Shown piece by piece: positions 50,349 to 63,140 of a DNA stretch of 64,000 bases. Numbering within the stretch: the first letter of the stretch is position 1; every line of letters begins with the position of its first letter. Position numbers and translations under genes: made by a program. The notes beneath the pieces are model-generated. The model was not told where the DNA came from and made no database searches. It was given only the letters and a program-made list of their open reading frames with translations. The DNA is from Ramazzottius varieornatus (Eukaryota; Animalia; Tardigrada). The stretch spans positions 403,378 to 467,377 of the forward strand of contig BDGG01000014.1 of NCBI GenBank assembly GCA_001949185.1. The letters run 5' to 3'.

Positions 50349-52126
50349 TTAGACTTCTCTCGCGCGAATGGCCGCACGCTTGGCCGTGACGGCTTGGTAT
50401 CCAGAAGACACCTTGGTCACAGAACATCGTGAGCCACAGGTTTCACACAGGAGGAAGACCACTCTGGTCTGGTCGTCCTTCTGCAGAAGGGTCTCTGGAG
50501 AGCGACAGGTGTGACAAGTAACATACTCCTTGATGTATCGACGGAGAACGTTCTCGATTTGCTTCTGCTGGAAGCGACCCTTGATGATCAGCTGGTTGTT
50601 GGCGTCGACCGAACCAGTGGTACCCAGTTCAGCCAACAAGAAAGCGATCAGATGCTTCGGCTGACGGCGCATGATCTTGCAAATTTCGGTGAAATTGGCG
50701 AAGGATGTCTTCTTCGTACCAACTTTGACAACCTGTAAAAAAGCAGTCGAAAATGGGTCTGCATCCCAACCAGGAGCTCGGCAAACAAAATCAACAATAC
50801 TGTTTTCCCAAGTACCGCACTTTCTCAGCCTTTTTGGCTGAAAGTCTGCGCCACTTGACAAAGCAGATTTTCGAAGGCTGATCTCTTCAAACAAGAGACG
50901 GAAATTCTGAAATTTCACCTGTGGTGGTCGCATTACAATCTTCTTCTTTTCACCACCAATGTAGTCGGGGTTCTTCTCTCTCATGATGTCAAAGACCCTG
51001 GTCAGAAGCTCGTCGTACATGTAGTCACGATCAGAGCCCAGCCATGCACCGGAAGTCATCGCCGCAGATGGAGCCAGATCTGTAGCAAGAACCCAACCGG
51101 AAGCTAATATCAAAAGTCTTATCGTAAACCGACACATGGAGTTTTGAGGCTGGATTTCCAGGGACACTTACGGCTACGATTTTCCATGCTGGCTTTGTCC
51201 GAGAACTCTGCGCCATCCTCGTCGTCATCGCCACCAGCTGCGTCAACGTCGTCAGCGCCAGCGAACGAGACAGACTTGCCGGATTTCTTCGGTTTCTTCT
51301 CGGGCAAACCTCCAAAATCGTCCAAGTCGGAGTCTGTCTCTTGGCCCACTTTGGGCTCATCAACCTAAAAGACATCGACAAATAACGTCAACCAAAGAAC
51401 TGAGAAAGTTCCCAAAACGGGCTCGCATGGCGCAATCATACTGTTACGGCATACCTCATCGTCGTCCGCGACGGCTTCTTTCTTGGACGACTTCTTCTTC
51501 GGTGCAGTAGTTTCTTCTGCTTCATGCTCTGCAACAAAACCGAGCTCGACCACTATAGTACAGTTGCAGAAAACAAACTGTGACAACTGAAAAGGAAGAG
51601 CTTTCTTGAGAATCCGACAATGCAACGAAAGCAGCTAGCGGCCCGTGGCAGCACCCCGTAGAACGAATGGGGAATTGGACGGGTTCGTGTCCTAACTCCT
51701 CAGCCCAAACGGGACCGGACCCCTCATTACAATTCACTTCCGGCGGAAGGACAACATCGCTTCCTACACGTATCCGTACAGGACTACAGTACTACCTTAC
51801 CTTTGTTGTCAGCATCTTCATCTACAATCTTCTTTGCACCAGTACCCTTCTTCTTCTTCTTGCCAAAGTCAATCTTGTCGCCGTCATCGTCAGCAGGGGC
51901 ATCGCGCACAGCTGTTTCGTCAGCCACGCTGACATCGGTCTTTTTTTCGGACGCATTACCCCCATCACCCAGCGCTTTCTCCAAATTGAAAGGCTTCTTG
52001 GGCTTCTTCTTCTTCTTCAGCAAGTCCAAATCCTGCGAACGAAAGATGGTCCGTAACTCACCGATAATAAGGACTTGAAGAATGCAAAAACACAAAAATT
52101 CTCACCACGTTGTCGTCATCGGCCAT
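50349..52126 (-). CDS. EIF2S2: Eukaryotic translation initiation factor 2 subunit beta; multi-exon
   Basis: MADDDNV start, poly-Lys boxes, [21 protein letters not shown]|[29 protein letters not shown] zinc ribbon. Confidence 0.96.
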
Positions 52127-52434
52127 GGCTAGTTTCGCTCAATGAAACGTTCAGTGAAGAAGTGGCTGTCGCTGATCGATTCCTACTCGTAAGCTGTTCT
52201 GGCCCCAAGGTTGAAGCTAGAAGATGATCTTCAATCCATACAAAGGTAAATGTTTGAGACTTCCAGGTGTGAAGTAATGATTAGTGAACGACTGATCGTG
52301 AAGAAATATAATTTTCAGATTACGTCGAAACTGGTGCTCGCGCTACGGCCTGCCATGCTGCGTTGAATCATCGCAATTTCCCGAAAGGCGAAAGCCGGTT
52401 TGAATGACTCAGTTGCTGAGTACGACTACACGAG

Positions 52435-52880
52435 TACACGCACGACGAGATATTACGGGACAGTAAAAATTACGGACCAGGCCTTTTCGCTACGGCGGCA
52501 CCGCCAGGTGATTCTTGCTTCAGCTAAAAACCACATCGAAGGCTGGACTGCTGTACATGCGTGCTGGATATTGAGCCGAAGAGCCAAAGCTTGTCATATT
52601 AATGTTATAGCAGTCAGATCTCCATTATACCTTCAACAGTGCAACTATTCCAAGGCTTCTCCGGCCGCCGGGAGAAAGTCGACAGCAGCATAGAAGCGTT
52701 AGAGTAAAACAGCTGATCAGCTGATGGCCACTGTCCATGACAGTTTTCTACGGTTGAGTTTTACTACGCTACGTCATTTGTGCGAAATCTGTTTCTGACT
52801 TCCATAAAAATTGTAAAGTTGCCGTCTTTTCCGCGTGCCCCGTAATTATTACTGGCCCGTGATATCTCATCGTGCGTGTA
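52435..52880. mobile_element. MITE family B, longer copy
   Basis: tacacgcacgacgagatattacgggacagtaa / ttactggcccgtgatatctcatcgtgcgtgta. Confidence 0.85.
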
Positions 52881-53772
52881 CTCAGCATATTGAAGTGACA
52901 AAAGTACCAGGGTCACCGACCAAACCTTCGTCCCCCAAGCCTTTGTTTTTTCGTTCTTTTGTCTTCGCAACCTGTAAATTCTTATAGCATTATGTTTTAA
53001 AAAGCTTTGAGCGACTGCATTCCGCAACATGAGGGTGTGTCGTGAACTCGTGATACCCAGAAATTCAAATGCAAAATCGAAATCGAACAATGAAATTTGA
53101 GGAGTTCTTCGAATTATTGTCTCCTGATGCTCCATCAGTGGCATTCTAGTGGTTGGAGACTTGAAGTACGTTACGCTCTGAATGGGTCACTTGGGTCCTT
53201 TGAAAAACATAAGAGGTGCTTTCGGTTGGCTGCACGAACACGGAAGCTGAATGCGTCCAGTGCGTGTAAGCTTGAGGCAGATTAAAAGAAGAGGCGCGCT
53301 CTATTACCTGTTTTTTCCCATGATCAGGCTGTGCATTTTCACAGGAAGGCATGTCGACTTTCTTATCAATGATGAACGAATAAAGACACGAAGCATGACT
53401 AATGATATAATTCAAACGATATTCACCAGCATGCGCAGGGGCCCATTCCGTTCTACCATCATCATTCTCGTCACGCTGCTTTGCGAATTTTCTCCAAATG
53501 ACAAACGTCTGTAAAATTATGCAGGGTTTTGTGTTGACATTCGAGGGCCTTTTGCTTTTGTTGTCCCCTCAACCACAACATGGAACTTCAGGTGTTAAAT
53601 CCACAAGCTTTCGGCGAATGCTTTTATAAACATTGGTTTTGAAAACCAATTAGTTCTCATTTGTTCGATTCATCTGTGTATGTTGCAACTTGTTTAAGCC
53701 TTCGTCTTTCACAACCCGTCTTCCTTCGATCATTTTTTTACAAAGACTTTTTGGTGCGACGAGACGTTGACC

Positions 53773-55907
53773 ATGACAGGAAATAACTCAAGCACCGTGG
53801 CGCCTGCCATGCTGTTGGTTACAACCAATGTCTCCACACAGCTGATCATGCCAGTGGACACTGGCTCGCCTTCCACCGGCTTCATCCTCTGGGGCGCCGC
53901 TCTCGTCTTCGTGATGCTTCCGGGTTTGGCCATGTTCTACTCCGGACTCTCACGGTACAACTCTGCCTTATCGCTGATGGTCCTTTGCATGCTAGCAGGT
54001 GCCGTAGTCAGCATTCAGTTCTTCCTCTTTGGATTCAGTCTGGCCTTTTCCGAAACGGGCGGGGCCTTTATCGGTGACTTCAAGATGGGAGCACTCAACA
54101 CCCTGGGAGCTCATGCCTTTCCCCATACGTCACCTCAGATTCCTTCCGTGGCCTTTATGGTGTACCAGATGCAGTTCGCCACTATCACAGCCGCCTTGAT
54201 CTTTGGCTCCGTGCCCGAACGCACGCGCTTCGTCCCCGGGATGGTCTTTGTCTTCTGTTGGACTACTTTAGTCTATGATTTCACAGCGTACTGGAGCTGG
54301 GGTGACCACGGATGGATCAGGAACTTTGCTTGCTTGTCCATAGCCGCCAGCGACCATCCCTGCTACAACGGAGCCTATGATTTTGCCGGGGGTGGCCCTG
54401 TACACATCGCTTCGGGCTTCGCGGGTTTGGCCTACTGTTTAGTCCTTGGGAGACGGAAGCATGTCCATGTGGAACACCACTCGCTGGTCAACGTCATGCT
54501 CGGCACCGGAATGTTGTGGTTCGGATGGTTCGCCTTCAACGGAGGTTCCGCGGGAGCAGCCAATACTCGAGCGGCGATGGCGGCGACTGTCACGACTATT
54601 TCCGCTGCCGCGGGAGGATTGACGTGGATCTTCGTCGATTATGGGTTTACGAGGAAGTTATCTGCGCTCAGTTTTTGCTCGGGTGTGGTCGCGGGACTGG
54701 TTGGGATCACTCCGGCAGCAGGCTTCGTTGCTCCATGGTAAGACTCTTTCAATTGCATGCACTCTAATGGAAAGAAAATGATTATTCCAATTTTCTCTGT
54801 TTCTACAGGGCCGCTATTGTCATCGGATTTCTGGTGTCGATTATCTGCAACGGCTGGGTACGGTTCAAGAAGCGACTCCGCTTTGACGACTCTTTCGACG
54901 CCTTCTCTGTACATGGCTGCGGGGGATTTTTGGGCAATATCCTCACGGGCGTTTTCGCTCAAAAATGGGTCGGTCGGCTCGACGGGACCGAGATTGACGG
55001 AGGATGGCTTGGTTAGCTTGCTCCTTTTTCCCACACCTCTTTTGTCGAATAATCACTAGCAGCGTGTTGTACATATATCAATATATGCATTCATCGTTCG
55101 CATGTGTGTTTTCCAGAGGGAAACTGGATTCAGGTCGCGTACCAACTGGGCTCCTCCGCCGCCATTGTGAGTATTTGGTCGCGCAGAACAAATTTTGCCT
55201 CTCGCACAAGGCAGACGGTTACTATGAAAAATACGTTAATAATGTTTCGTTTTCGGCTGGTCTTTCTTTTTTGATGCAAACGATTTCCATAGGCAAGTCG
55301 AACTGCCACCGTACGATAATTTTAATGGGTCTTTTGCCCGTTTAATTTGCGTCGCGTTTTTCATTACTTGACTTTAGCATACATTTGCGTGTCTGTGATT
55401 TTACCTGCAGGCTGCTTGGTCCTTCGCGATCAGCTTGATCCTTCTACTGGCTATCAACAGAATACCCGGTTTGCATTTACGTCAAAGTGAACTGGACGAA
55501 GCGCTCGGAGGTGATTTCGCAGAATGCGGAGAGGTAAGCGTGGCTCGACCTTGCGTTGGTTGCGAAAGTGACCGAAACGCTTCTATTTATGGTCGTAGGT
55601 TGGGTACATGTTGGTCATTTCCGATCCCGGGACAACTACGCCCGACGACGAGCCGCATACCCAAACGTTGGGAGTGTTGAACGACGGTAAACGCGTCTCT
55701 GTCGCGGACGCCTTGAAGCATCCTTTCGCCCTTGCTTCCCACAAGTCACTCGAGCGCCACCGTTCGCTAGCATCGCCCGTTCGCGAGAATAGCGGACGCC
55801 CGAATTTTGCCTTCAGTCGCCAAGAGTCGGAGATGGTGGACCTTCCAACGCATGAAGTGCCTTCCAACGACAAGATTACTGCGAACGGACATCGTGCACA
55901 GCTTTGA
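53773..55907 (+). CDS. Ammonium transporter, Amt/MEP family (fungal MEP-like); 5 exons
   Basis: Exons 53773-54737, 54809-55011, 55117-55166, 55411-55533, 55599-55907. Motifs PGLAMFYSGL, YQMQFATIT, DFAGGGPVHIASG, LWFGWFAFNGGS, DDSFDAFSVHG (twin His), IPGLHLR...E..G.D..ECGE. Confidence 0.95.
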
Positions 55908-56556
55908 TTAGTTTTATTGTTTAACCTAGTGCTCGAAGTATTTCCGATGTTCACGGCTTCCTGCCTTTTGTCTTGCAAATTTTGATCGAAGCAAGGACAG
56001 GTTTTTGTAATGTCTGTAAAATGGTCTACTCTTTCCAACCAAAGAATATTTTCGTGCCAGGTTCCATGAATAAAATTTACAAGAAGTGATCATCACTTAT
56101 GGTAACTAAAAGGTACTCTGACACCTGGTAAAATATGCAATCTGCTGTTTGATCGGTGTTGGTAATCGGTATCCTACACGTTGATCGCTAGGACATTACG
56201 GTGAATACGACATAATGGATTAGTCTTTGCGTCTGGAGTCCCTCTCCGACTTTGGCCAGCAACTCTACCCGCGGGCTGTTCGACTGTTCTGGCTCCAAAC
56301 TCCGAAAACGAAGGCCCTGCTAGCAGTGACGTCGGCAGCGGTAACTTTCGCGGTACATTGTGCCCACTGCCTACCAGTGACGGGTGACGTCAGGGGAAGT
56401 TACAGTGGCTGATTGAACGCCCCGTTAGAGCGGTTGATTGGGCTCACATTCCATCAGCAAATTTTAGCAGCTCAGCAGCTTTCAGAAACAAATGAATTTT
56501 TCCTTTGATTTCTCCGAGTGGCGTTCCCTTTCAAGTTTCTTCTCTTTCTGCGGAGG

Positions 56557-59365
56557 ATGAAATACAGGTACGTTTATCGGCAATGCTCATTGCTCCTACA
56601 TGCGCTCGAGAGCAGGACATGGCAAAGATCGCTGGCCAGTTTAGCGCAAGCTTCGCCGTCTCCGATAAGGCTGAACCTCGCGCAGTCGCACCAGGTGAGT
56701 TGCAAAACGTGCTTTCAGTGTCATATATTTTGTCTGACACATAATTAAGATCTGCATCCTTGGACGAGTTAGATACTGCGGGACATCTGGAAGCTGAAAG
56801 AAGACTTTCCCTTTGCATCAGTTAAGGCAAAGACGCCGAGAAAGATCGTCGTCGATTTCAGCTCTCCTAACATCGCTAAACCCTTCCATGCTGGTCATCT
56901 ACGTTCCACCATCCTCGGGAACTTCGTAGCCAACATCTGTTCTGCCATGGGACACAGAGTGCATCGACTGAACTACCTGGGAGACTGGGGAACGCAGTGC
57001 GGTAAGGATTAAGTTAATATACGCAGAATGAAGTGGTGTGCTTTGTGACCGGAAATGTAGAAACATCATGAATGACGTCAGGAATCCACGAGTCAAATAA
57101 CGTCAGGAGTCCTGTTTTGTCCGGGCCGCAATACATGTTGTTAATCTCAGCTTGAGTGATCCTATGCTTCTACAGGCATCGTTCTCGTCGGAATGGAAAC
57201 GTTTGGCTCCGAGGCGGAGATGGAGAAAAATCCCCTGAAGTATCTTCTTGAGGTAGGAGAGTAGAAGCTGCAGAAAATTTCATATCCTGATGATTTTACA
57301 TATTTCGACCCGCCTAAAATGAATATGGGAAAGTTTCTCGGATCGTTTGTTCTTCCCTCGCAGATCTATGTTAAAGGTACTCAACTGGCAGAAAGTGATC
57401 CCGAGTTCATGCAACGTGTCCAAGATACAATGAACCAGCTCGAAAATGGTGAGGTACTCGTAGCGTTGAGCCCCCTGCGAATTCCTTCTTTCCTTTTCGA
57501 CGACGAAATTCAATAAAAAACTTCCTTTGCTAAATATGGCAAACGATTGATTGCTAATTCTAACCATGCTTTTTCCTTTTTTAGGCGATCACAACTTGTT
57601 TCAAAGGTGGGAAAAAATTCGCCGGTTGACCATGGCCGAGTACCTCAAAGTTTACAAGGTGAGCAAATTCTCTAAGAAGAACTTTCTGATTTTCGGTTGT
57701 GTCAAGATTTAATTCCGAACAGCGTTTAGGAATAACCTTCGACGAGATCACCGGTGAGTCCAAGTTCGTCAAAGCAGCCAAAGAAGTCTCTACAAGGATA
57801 GAAGCTGAACGCCCATCCGACTCGCTTCTCAAAGAAACAGCGCTAGTCGATAAACGACTGCTGAAATCCGATGGAAGTAGCTTGTATCTTTCGCGCGACC
57901 TGGCCGCCATCCTGGAACACGCTCGTCAGTTGGATTTTGATGAGAAGCTCTACGTGGTGGACAACAGCCAGCACGACCACTTTCAGTACTTGTTCAAGCT
58001 GGCTAGGGACTTCGACGAGATCGAAGATAGGGACTTCAGGCATATCAAGTTCGGGAGGATACGCGGACTGAGTACACGTCAGGGCAAGGTTCAGCTGCTG
58101 AGCGAGATTCTGGACAAGGCGGAAACGTCCATGATAGAAAGAATAAAGCGATCAAAATGTGTGGATGAATATTTTTTGATTTCGAAACAGATCCTCAGGA
58201 ATATCAGGAGTTTCGTAAACAACCGCAAGAGCGATCTTAAGTGGCGCACTTTTCCAACCAAATAAGTCGAGAACGCCAGTGATCGCTCTTGCAAGGTCGC
58301 CCGTGGTCGTTCTTTCTGAGTGGCGCACGCTTCTAGCCAGCAACACAAACGTGCGCCGCTTGGGAAAACGGTCTTGTCGAGTTCACTTGTCGATCTGTGC
58401 ATTTATCTCGGATCTTACCGTTTGACTGTACTTTGGGTCGACCCGGATGAGTGGATTTCAAATGTTGTTTCATTCCGTAGATGCAAGACCGAGGCCGGAA
58501 GAAATGGATGATGTAGCCAAGACTTTGGCATTAACTGTGATATTCATCAACGATTTCAAACAGAAGCGACAGATGGATTACAGCGATCCCTTCTTGACGC
58601 TGCAGCAGAGCGAAGGCGACTCTGGAGTTTTCTTACAATATAATCATGCAAGGCTTTGCAGGTAAAACTTCTGGCGAAACAACCACGAAGAATAGAATCT
58701 TGTTACTTGTTTTGCTTTTTAGTGTGGAAAAGAATTCGGGCGTCAAACTGAATCCAGATGTGGCTTTGGATTATCTCAACGAGGAAGAAGCCCTGGCTTT
58801 AATATCACATCTCAGTCTGGCTCCTGCGACAGCTCAAACTGCCATGGAAGACTTTGAACCAGTCGTCATCGTCAAGTATTTATTTCTTAATGCGTAAGTT
58901 ATTTGGGATTTTTTGCATGGTTCAGTACGGAAAACGGGAGTTCGGTGAATGAACTCGACGAGATCGTTTTTCAGAGTGGCGCACGCTATTGGTGTTATTC
59001 TTCGAAAACGTGCGCCAATTGGGAAAATGAGTTCGTTGAGTTGGATTGCTCCCCCCGGTGGCGCACGCTTGCAGCCAGTAACAATGAAACTGTGCGCCAC
59101 TTGGGAAGAAGTATTGTCGAGCTCGTTTCACGATCTTTTCGATTGAGTTGCAGTGTTCCGCTGAACATCAGGGTATATTAAAGACAGTACGTGACTGTTC
59201 TTCTGATTTTGCAGGCATCTGACGAGCAAAGCGTTGAAATCACTGAGGGTGAAAGACCGCGCACCGGAAGTGGCCGAAGGACGTCTCTTTCTCTTCCATT
59301 GTTCTCGAATAGTTGCGAGGTCGTTTCTGAAACTTTTGGGCATTCAACCGCTGGACGCCATGTAA
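56557..59365 (+). CDS. RARS2: Mitochondrial arginyl-tRNA synthetase; multi-exon
   Basis: Basic, acid-free leader [15 protein letters not shown]; [66 protein letters not shown]; ends [13 protein letters not shown] 59363-59365. Confidence 0.93.
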
Positions 59366-59773
59366 CATTCAAGGGTTTTTGGTTGTGTACAGTCCTCTGT
59401 TCCTGTCGTATTTCCTCTTACGAAAGCAGTGCAAGTGCAAGATCGAAAGTCGAAAGACTCGGTTGTCTCTTTCACGTATCGCTCAGTAACTCAACACAGA
59501 GATTACTTCCGGTAACGCATCATAATCATTTGCTCAGTTGATCTTTTTACTGGCTGTATGTTTTCCGGCTTGGCGACCTAGATGGCGATTGTGTCCAGAT
59601 GGGAAAGGGAAGGAAGGAAGACTGCTCATTGGTCGTGTGGGCGACCGTTCGCTATTGTCACGTAGAAGGGTTCCGCAGGGTATATAGACATGATCCAGAT
59701 TCTATATTCAGGCTGGTTTTTCCAGTTGACAGGTGTCTTATTTCACTGTAATCGAAGGATCCATTGTCAGTCG

Positions 59774-62185
59774 ATGGAATTTCATGTGCGGGAAGTGTTT
59801 GCGGGACGATGGATGGAGGGACAAACTGTGGACGTTGAGGATACGGTGGAGAAGGGACGATCGGTGGGCATTGTCCAGTAAGCGAATTCTTCAAAGAACA
59901 CCGTGTACTAAATTTCAAAATGCGGCTTTTCATTTTCAGAGTGGACTTGCAAAAGACTTTGGCGGACCTGCGGGCGGAAATTACGCAGCAGATTGTACAG
60001 GACGGTGATGAAGTGCCGCCAAGGTTCGCTTTTGTGGAAAAGTTGGGTGATGAGCTTGTGGAGGTTTGTACCGCATAATTTTCGTTGCGAGAAGGATACT
60101 TGAAGGATCGGAGAAATGAGATACTCTATTGTGTTGTATAGATATCCCAGCAGGAAGAGAAGTTATTGCGGGTGAAGGATCTTGTTGGCAAGCAGGCGGA
60201 AATACTGATTGTCGAGAAGCCTGCTGAGATCACTCTGGTTGCCGCCAAACGGAGCAGCGTTCGAAGATCGAGGAATCTCAGAAGTGAGACTCGCAAAGCC
60301 TTATTATCAATTCCGTTTTTTTGTTGAAGAAAAATTTCCATCTGTTACGAGCAAGACTTCATCGTAGAAGAGCTTCCGAGAAATTCGGGACCAGACAAGC
60401 GAAGTCGCCCGCGAAATCAGCGCGGAAGAGGTTCCAGCGAAGATTTCTCTGACGCTCCATCTCCCAGGACGACAGGCAAAGTCGGCAAAAAAGAGAGAAA
60501 TTCCAAAGAGTCGGAATCGGACCCCGAAGAGATGAGAGAAGCATGGTACACCTCTGCTAATCTCCGTCGACAACTGCGACAACTTGGCCGAGAACGGCGA
60601 TACGAAGACGAGGAAGACAGCTCATCGGTAGCGTCACCACGAAAAGACCGCGCAAGCCGCGGAGTTCAGGTCGAGGCACGACGAGACCGTAACCGATATC
60701 GATCCGGCGACTCGGTCTCACCTCGAAAGCGCAACAGACGACGACGCACTCGCACCACCAGCAAATCTCGTACTGGCCCACGCTCGCGTCAACGACGACC
60801 GGGCTCTTCCAAGCAAGATACTTTCCGACTTCCCCAACTGGTTCGAACTTCGCAGGCCGTAGCCAAATTCGAAAAGAAGAACATCGGTAGGTTGGAAAAG
60901 AGGGCGGAAAGGGGAGAAGAGAACGTGTCGTTGCAGAGTGGCGAAGCGGAGGAACACGACGATCGGCCAGCCACGGTTCGGATCCGACGTGAACGATCGT
61001 TGACAGAGGAAGTGCGTATTCCACAGGTCAGTTCGTCGGCAAGGAGGCTTCCGCCCTTGGTAAGCAGTTTGAGACCGAGGTCTTATTCCATCGATGGAGG
61101 GAACAGTCAGGCGCTGGAAGGCTACTTTACACCGGATTCGCCGACCATGGATCAATACTTCCTCAACCGCCAGCCTTTTTCCTATTCCGCCTTGAACCTT
61201 CGAGGTACGCTTCCTTGCGTTTTTTCTTCATCGATTGGATTAATTGCTAGGTTTATTTCTAGAGCTGGAAAAGAAGCAGGAAACAAGGTACAATAATCGG
61301 TTTGAGATGAGTAAGATGGAGCGGAGAGTGCGTGGACTGCTGGGAAGGGTTCGCGCCATTGAGGAAAAGATCAGGCTGCTGAAAAGCATCGGTATGACGC
61401 ATGATAACAACTCTTCTGGCACAACAAATGTCGAAAGTTATTTTTATAGGGCAAGAGCATTGGCGGGGAAGGTTTTACCAGCTGAGGCGAAACGTGATGC
61501 CTTTGGAAGAGCGTGCCAAGCAGCTGAATGACGAAGAAGACGAACTGCAGGAAAACTTGATCCGCCTGTTCGAACTGAAGAAGCCGCTTGACCGCTATGC
61601 TGCTCTGTACACCAATGACTTCCAGAAGGTCAGTGAATCGCTGTTGAGGAAACAGCCCGAAGTTGATCATGGTAACTATTTCTTCCTTTAGAACGCTTTG
61701 ATTCTGGAAGCGCAGAAGGTTACGAGCGAGATTACCCGCCTTAATAATCAGGTAATTACCGTAGGAAAAGGGTTGCACTTCTGTTTGCCTCCAGCAGCCC
61801 ACCCCCTGGGAAGCGCTTTAAGCTCGATATCAAACCAAGTCTTTGTAGTCTGGCATGGAGATTCCATAAGAGAACGCAGTAAAGAGATGATTTTTCTCTG
61901 TTCGCATAAACTTCAGTACTAGCTTGTCCAATCTTTCATTGCAGTTGGAAAACATCGACCTGGACCTGCTGAAATACCGAAAGGTATGGCTTAGCTTACA
62001 CTGACTGGCTCATTTTGGCAGGGAAGCCACGAAGAGCTGACAGAAGACGTATGTAAATACCCCTGGAACCCAACGGTTTTGTACTGTAGATGAGAAGTAT
62101 CACCGCAAAGCAAGCGGAAGAAATTCGGCGGGACATCAACCGGGAAAAGTTCTTGCGGCACCTCTTTCTCGGTCGGACTGTTTAG
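59774..62185 (+). CDS. SPATA1: Spermatogenesis-associated protein 1-like; multi-exon
   Basis: N-terminus MEFHVREV..SVGIVQVDLQKTLADLRAEI..FAFVEKLGDELVEISQQEEKLLRVKD resembles the SPATA1 N-domain; C-terminal coiled coil with WRGRFYQLRR..PLEE resembles SPATA1_C. Confidence 0.7.
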
Positions 62186-62248
62186 AGAAACTAAGGGTAA
62201 CCTGACGGTTTTGCACAGCACTAAGCCACACGGTGCGAACCACAGGGT

Positions 62249-63140
62249 TTACTTTATTGCGGTCTTTTGAGCCGAAGATTTCTTGTCAGCACTATTGGCT
62301 TTCTTCCCCACAGGTTCATGCAAAATGGACAAGCTAATCAGCAACTGCGCTGAGTAGTACGTCCCCATCACAATTAACTTCTCATGCTCTAGCCCCTCTA
62401 CAAACATATGCCAGGCTAGACAACTGTCGGAAATTACAAAACTAACTGCGCCACAAACAGCGATCATCAGCCAAAACAATTTCTTTCCTCTTTCCACCTT
62501 CTGGCTTTTTGACTCGTTCTTTTTCGCACTTGTCACTTTCTCCACCCGATAGCGCACTATCGTTCGCCATAACATGCTGCATATCAGCAACTGATATACC
62601 AATAATGCCACAGTGAATATCTTATCGTCAAAGACTTTTGGTAGGAGGAAGAGATAGTAGGAGAAGCCGGCTAGGAGGATAGGAAATCCGATGGTCCATT
62701 CAGCAGGGCGAGTACCCGAAGCCAAGATGTAGGATACATGGCCGGCGCCGAAAGCTAGCATGCCGGGAAGAAAGTAACCGAGGCTTGACAGTTGAAGGAA
62801 GACATCACCGGCAGCGGAGAAAAGTAGCCCGATGAGGATGCAGAGGGACTGACGTGAACGTGAGGGGATGCAGACGCCGCGTTGAAGCACAAAGATGGCC
62901 AGGGCGACGATAGGCGCAGCTTTGGTCAGACATGCTTTGAAGGTGACTTCGTCGTGGGGATGTTGGAAGGTGGTGTAGAGGAATGTGGCGAAACAGAACG
63001 GAAGTGTCCATCGCAAATCTTCCGAGCTCTGGAAAAAATGATCGAACGCTAGTTCCCGTAAAGTTGGAGCACGCAAATATAAGAATAGAACCGTCCAAAT
63101 TGAGCGCGAGATTTTGCTGACATACCAGTTTCCCCGTCAT
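62249..63140 (-). CDS. TMEM86: Lysoplasmalogenase TMEM86/YhhN family; 2 exons
   Basis: Exon 1 63140-63126 (MTGKL), exon 2 63028-62249. Motifs KAAPI, GLLFSAAGDVFL, GMLAFGAGHVSYI, GAVSFVISDSCLA, VMGTYYSAQLLI. Confidence 0.92.

Noticed and set aside
56385-56392. TGACGTCA (CRE-like) site upstream of RARS2
   Set aside because: The same 8-mer recurs elsewhere in the window, including in repeats and introns; no independent support for function.
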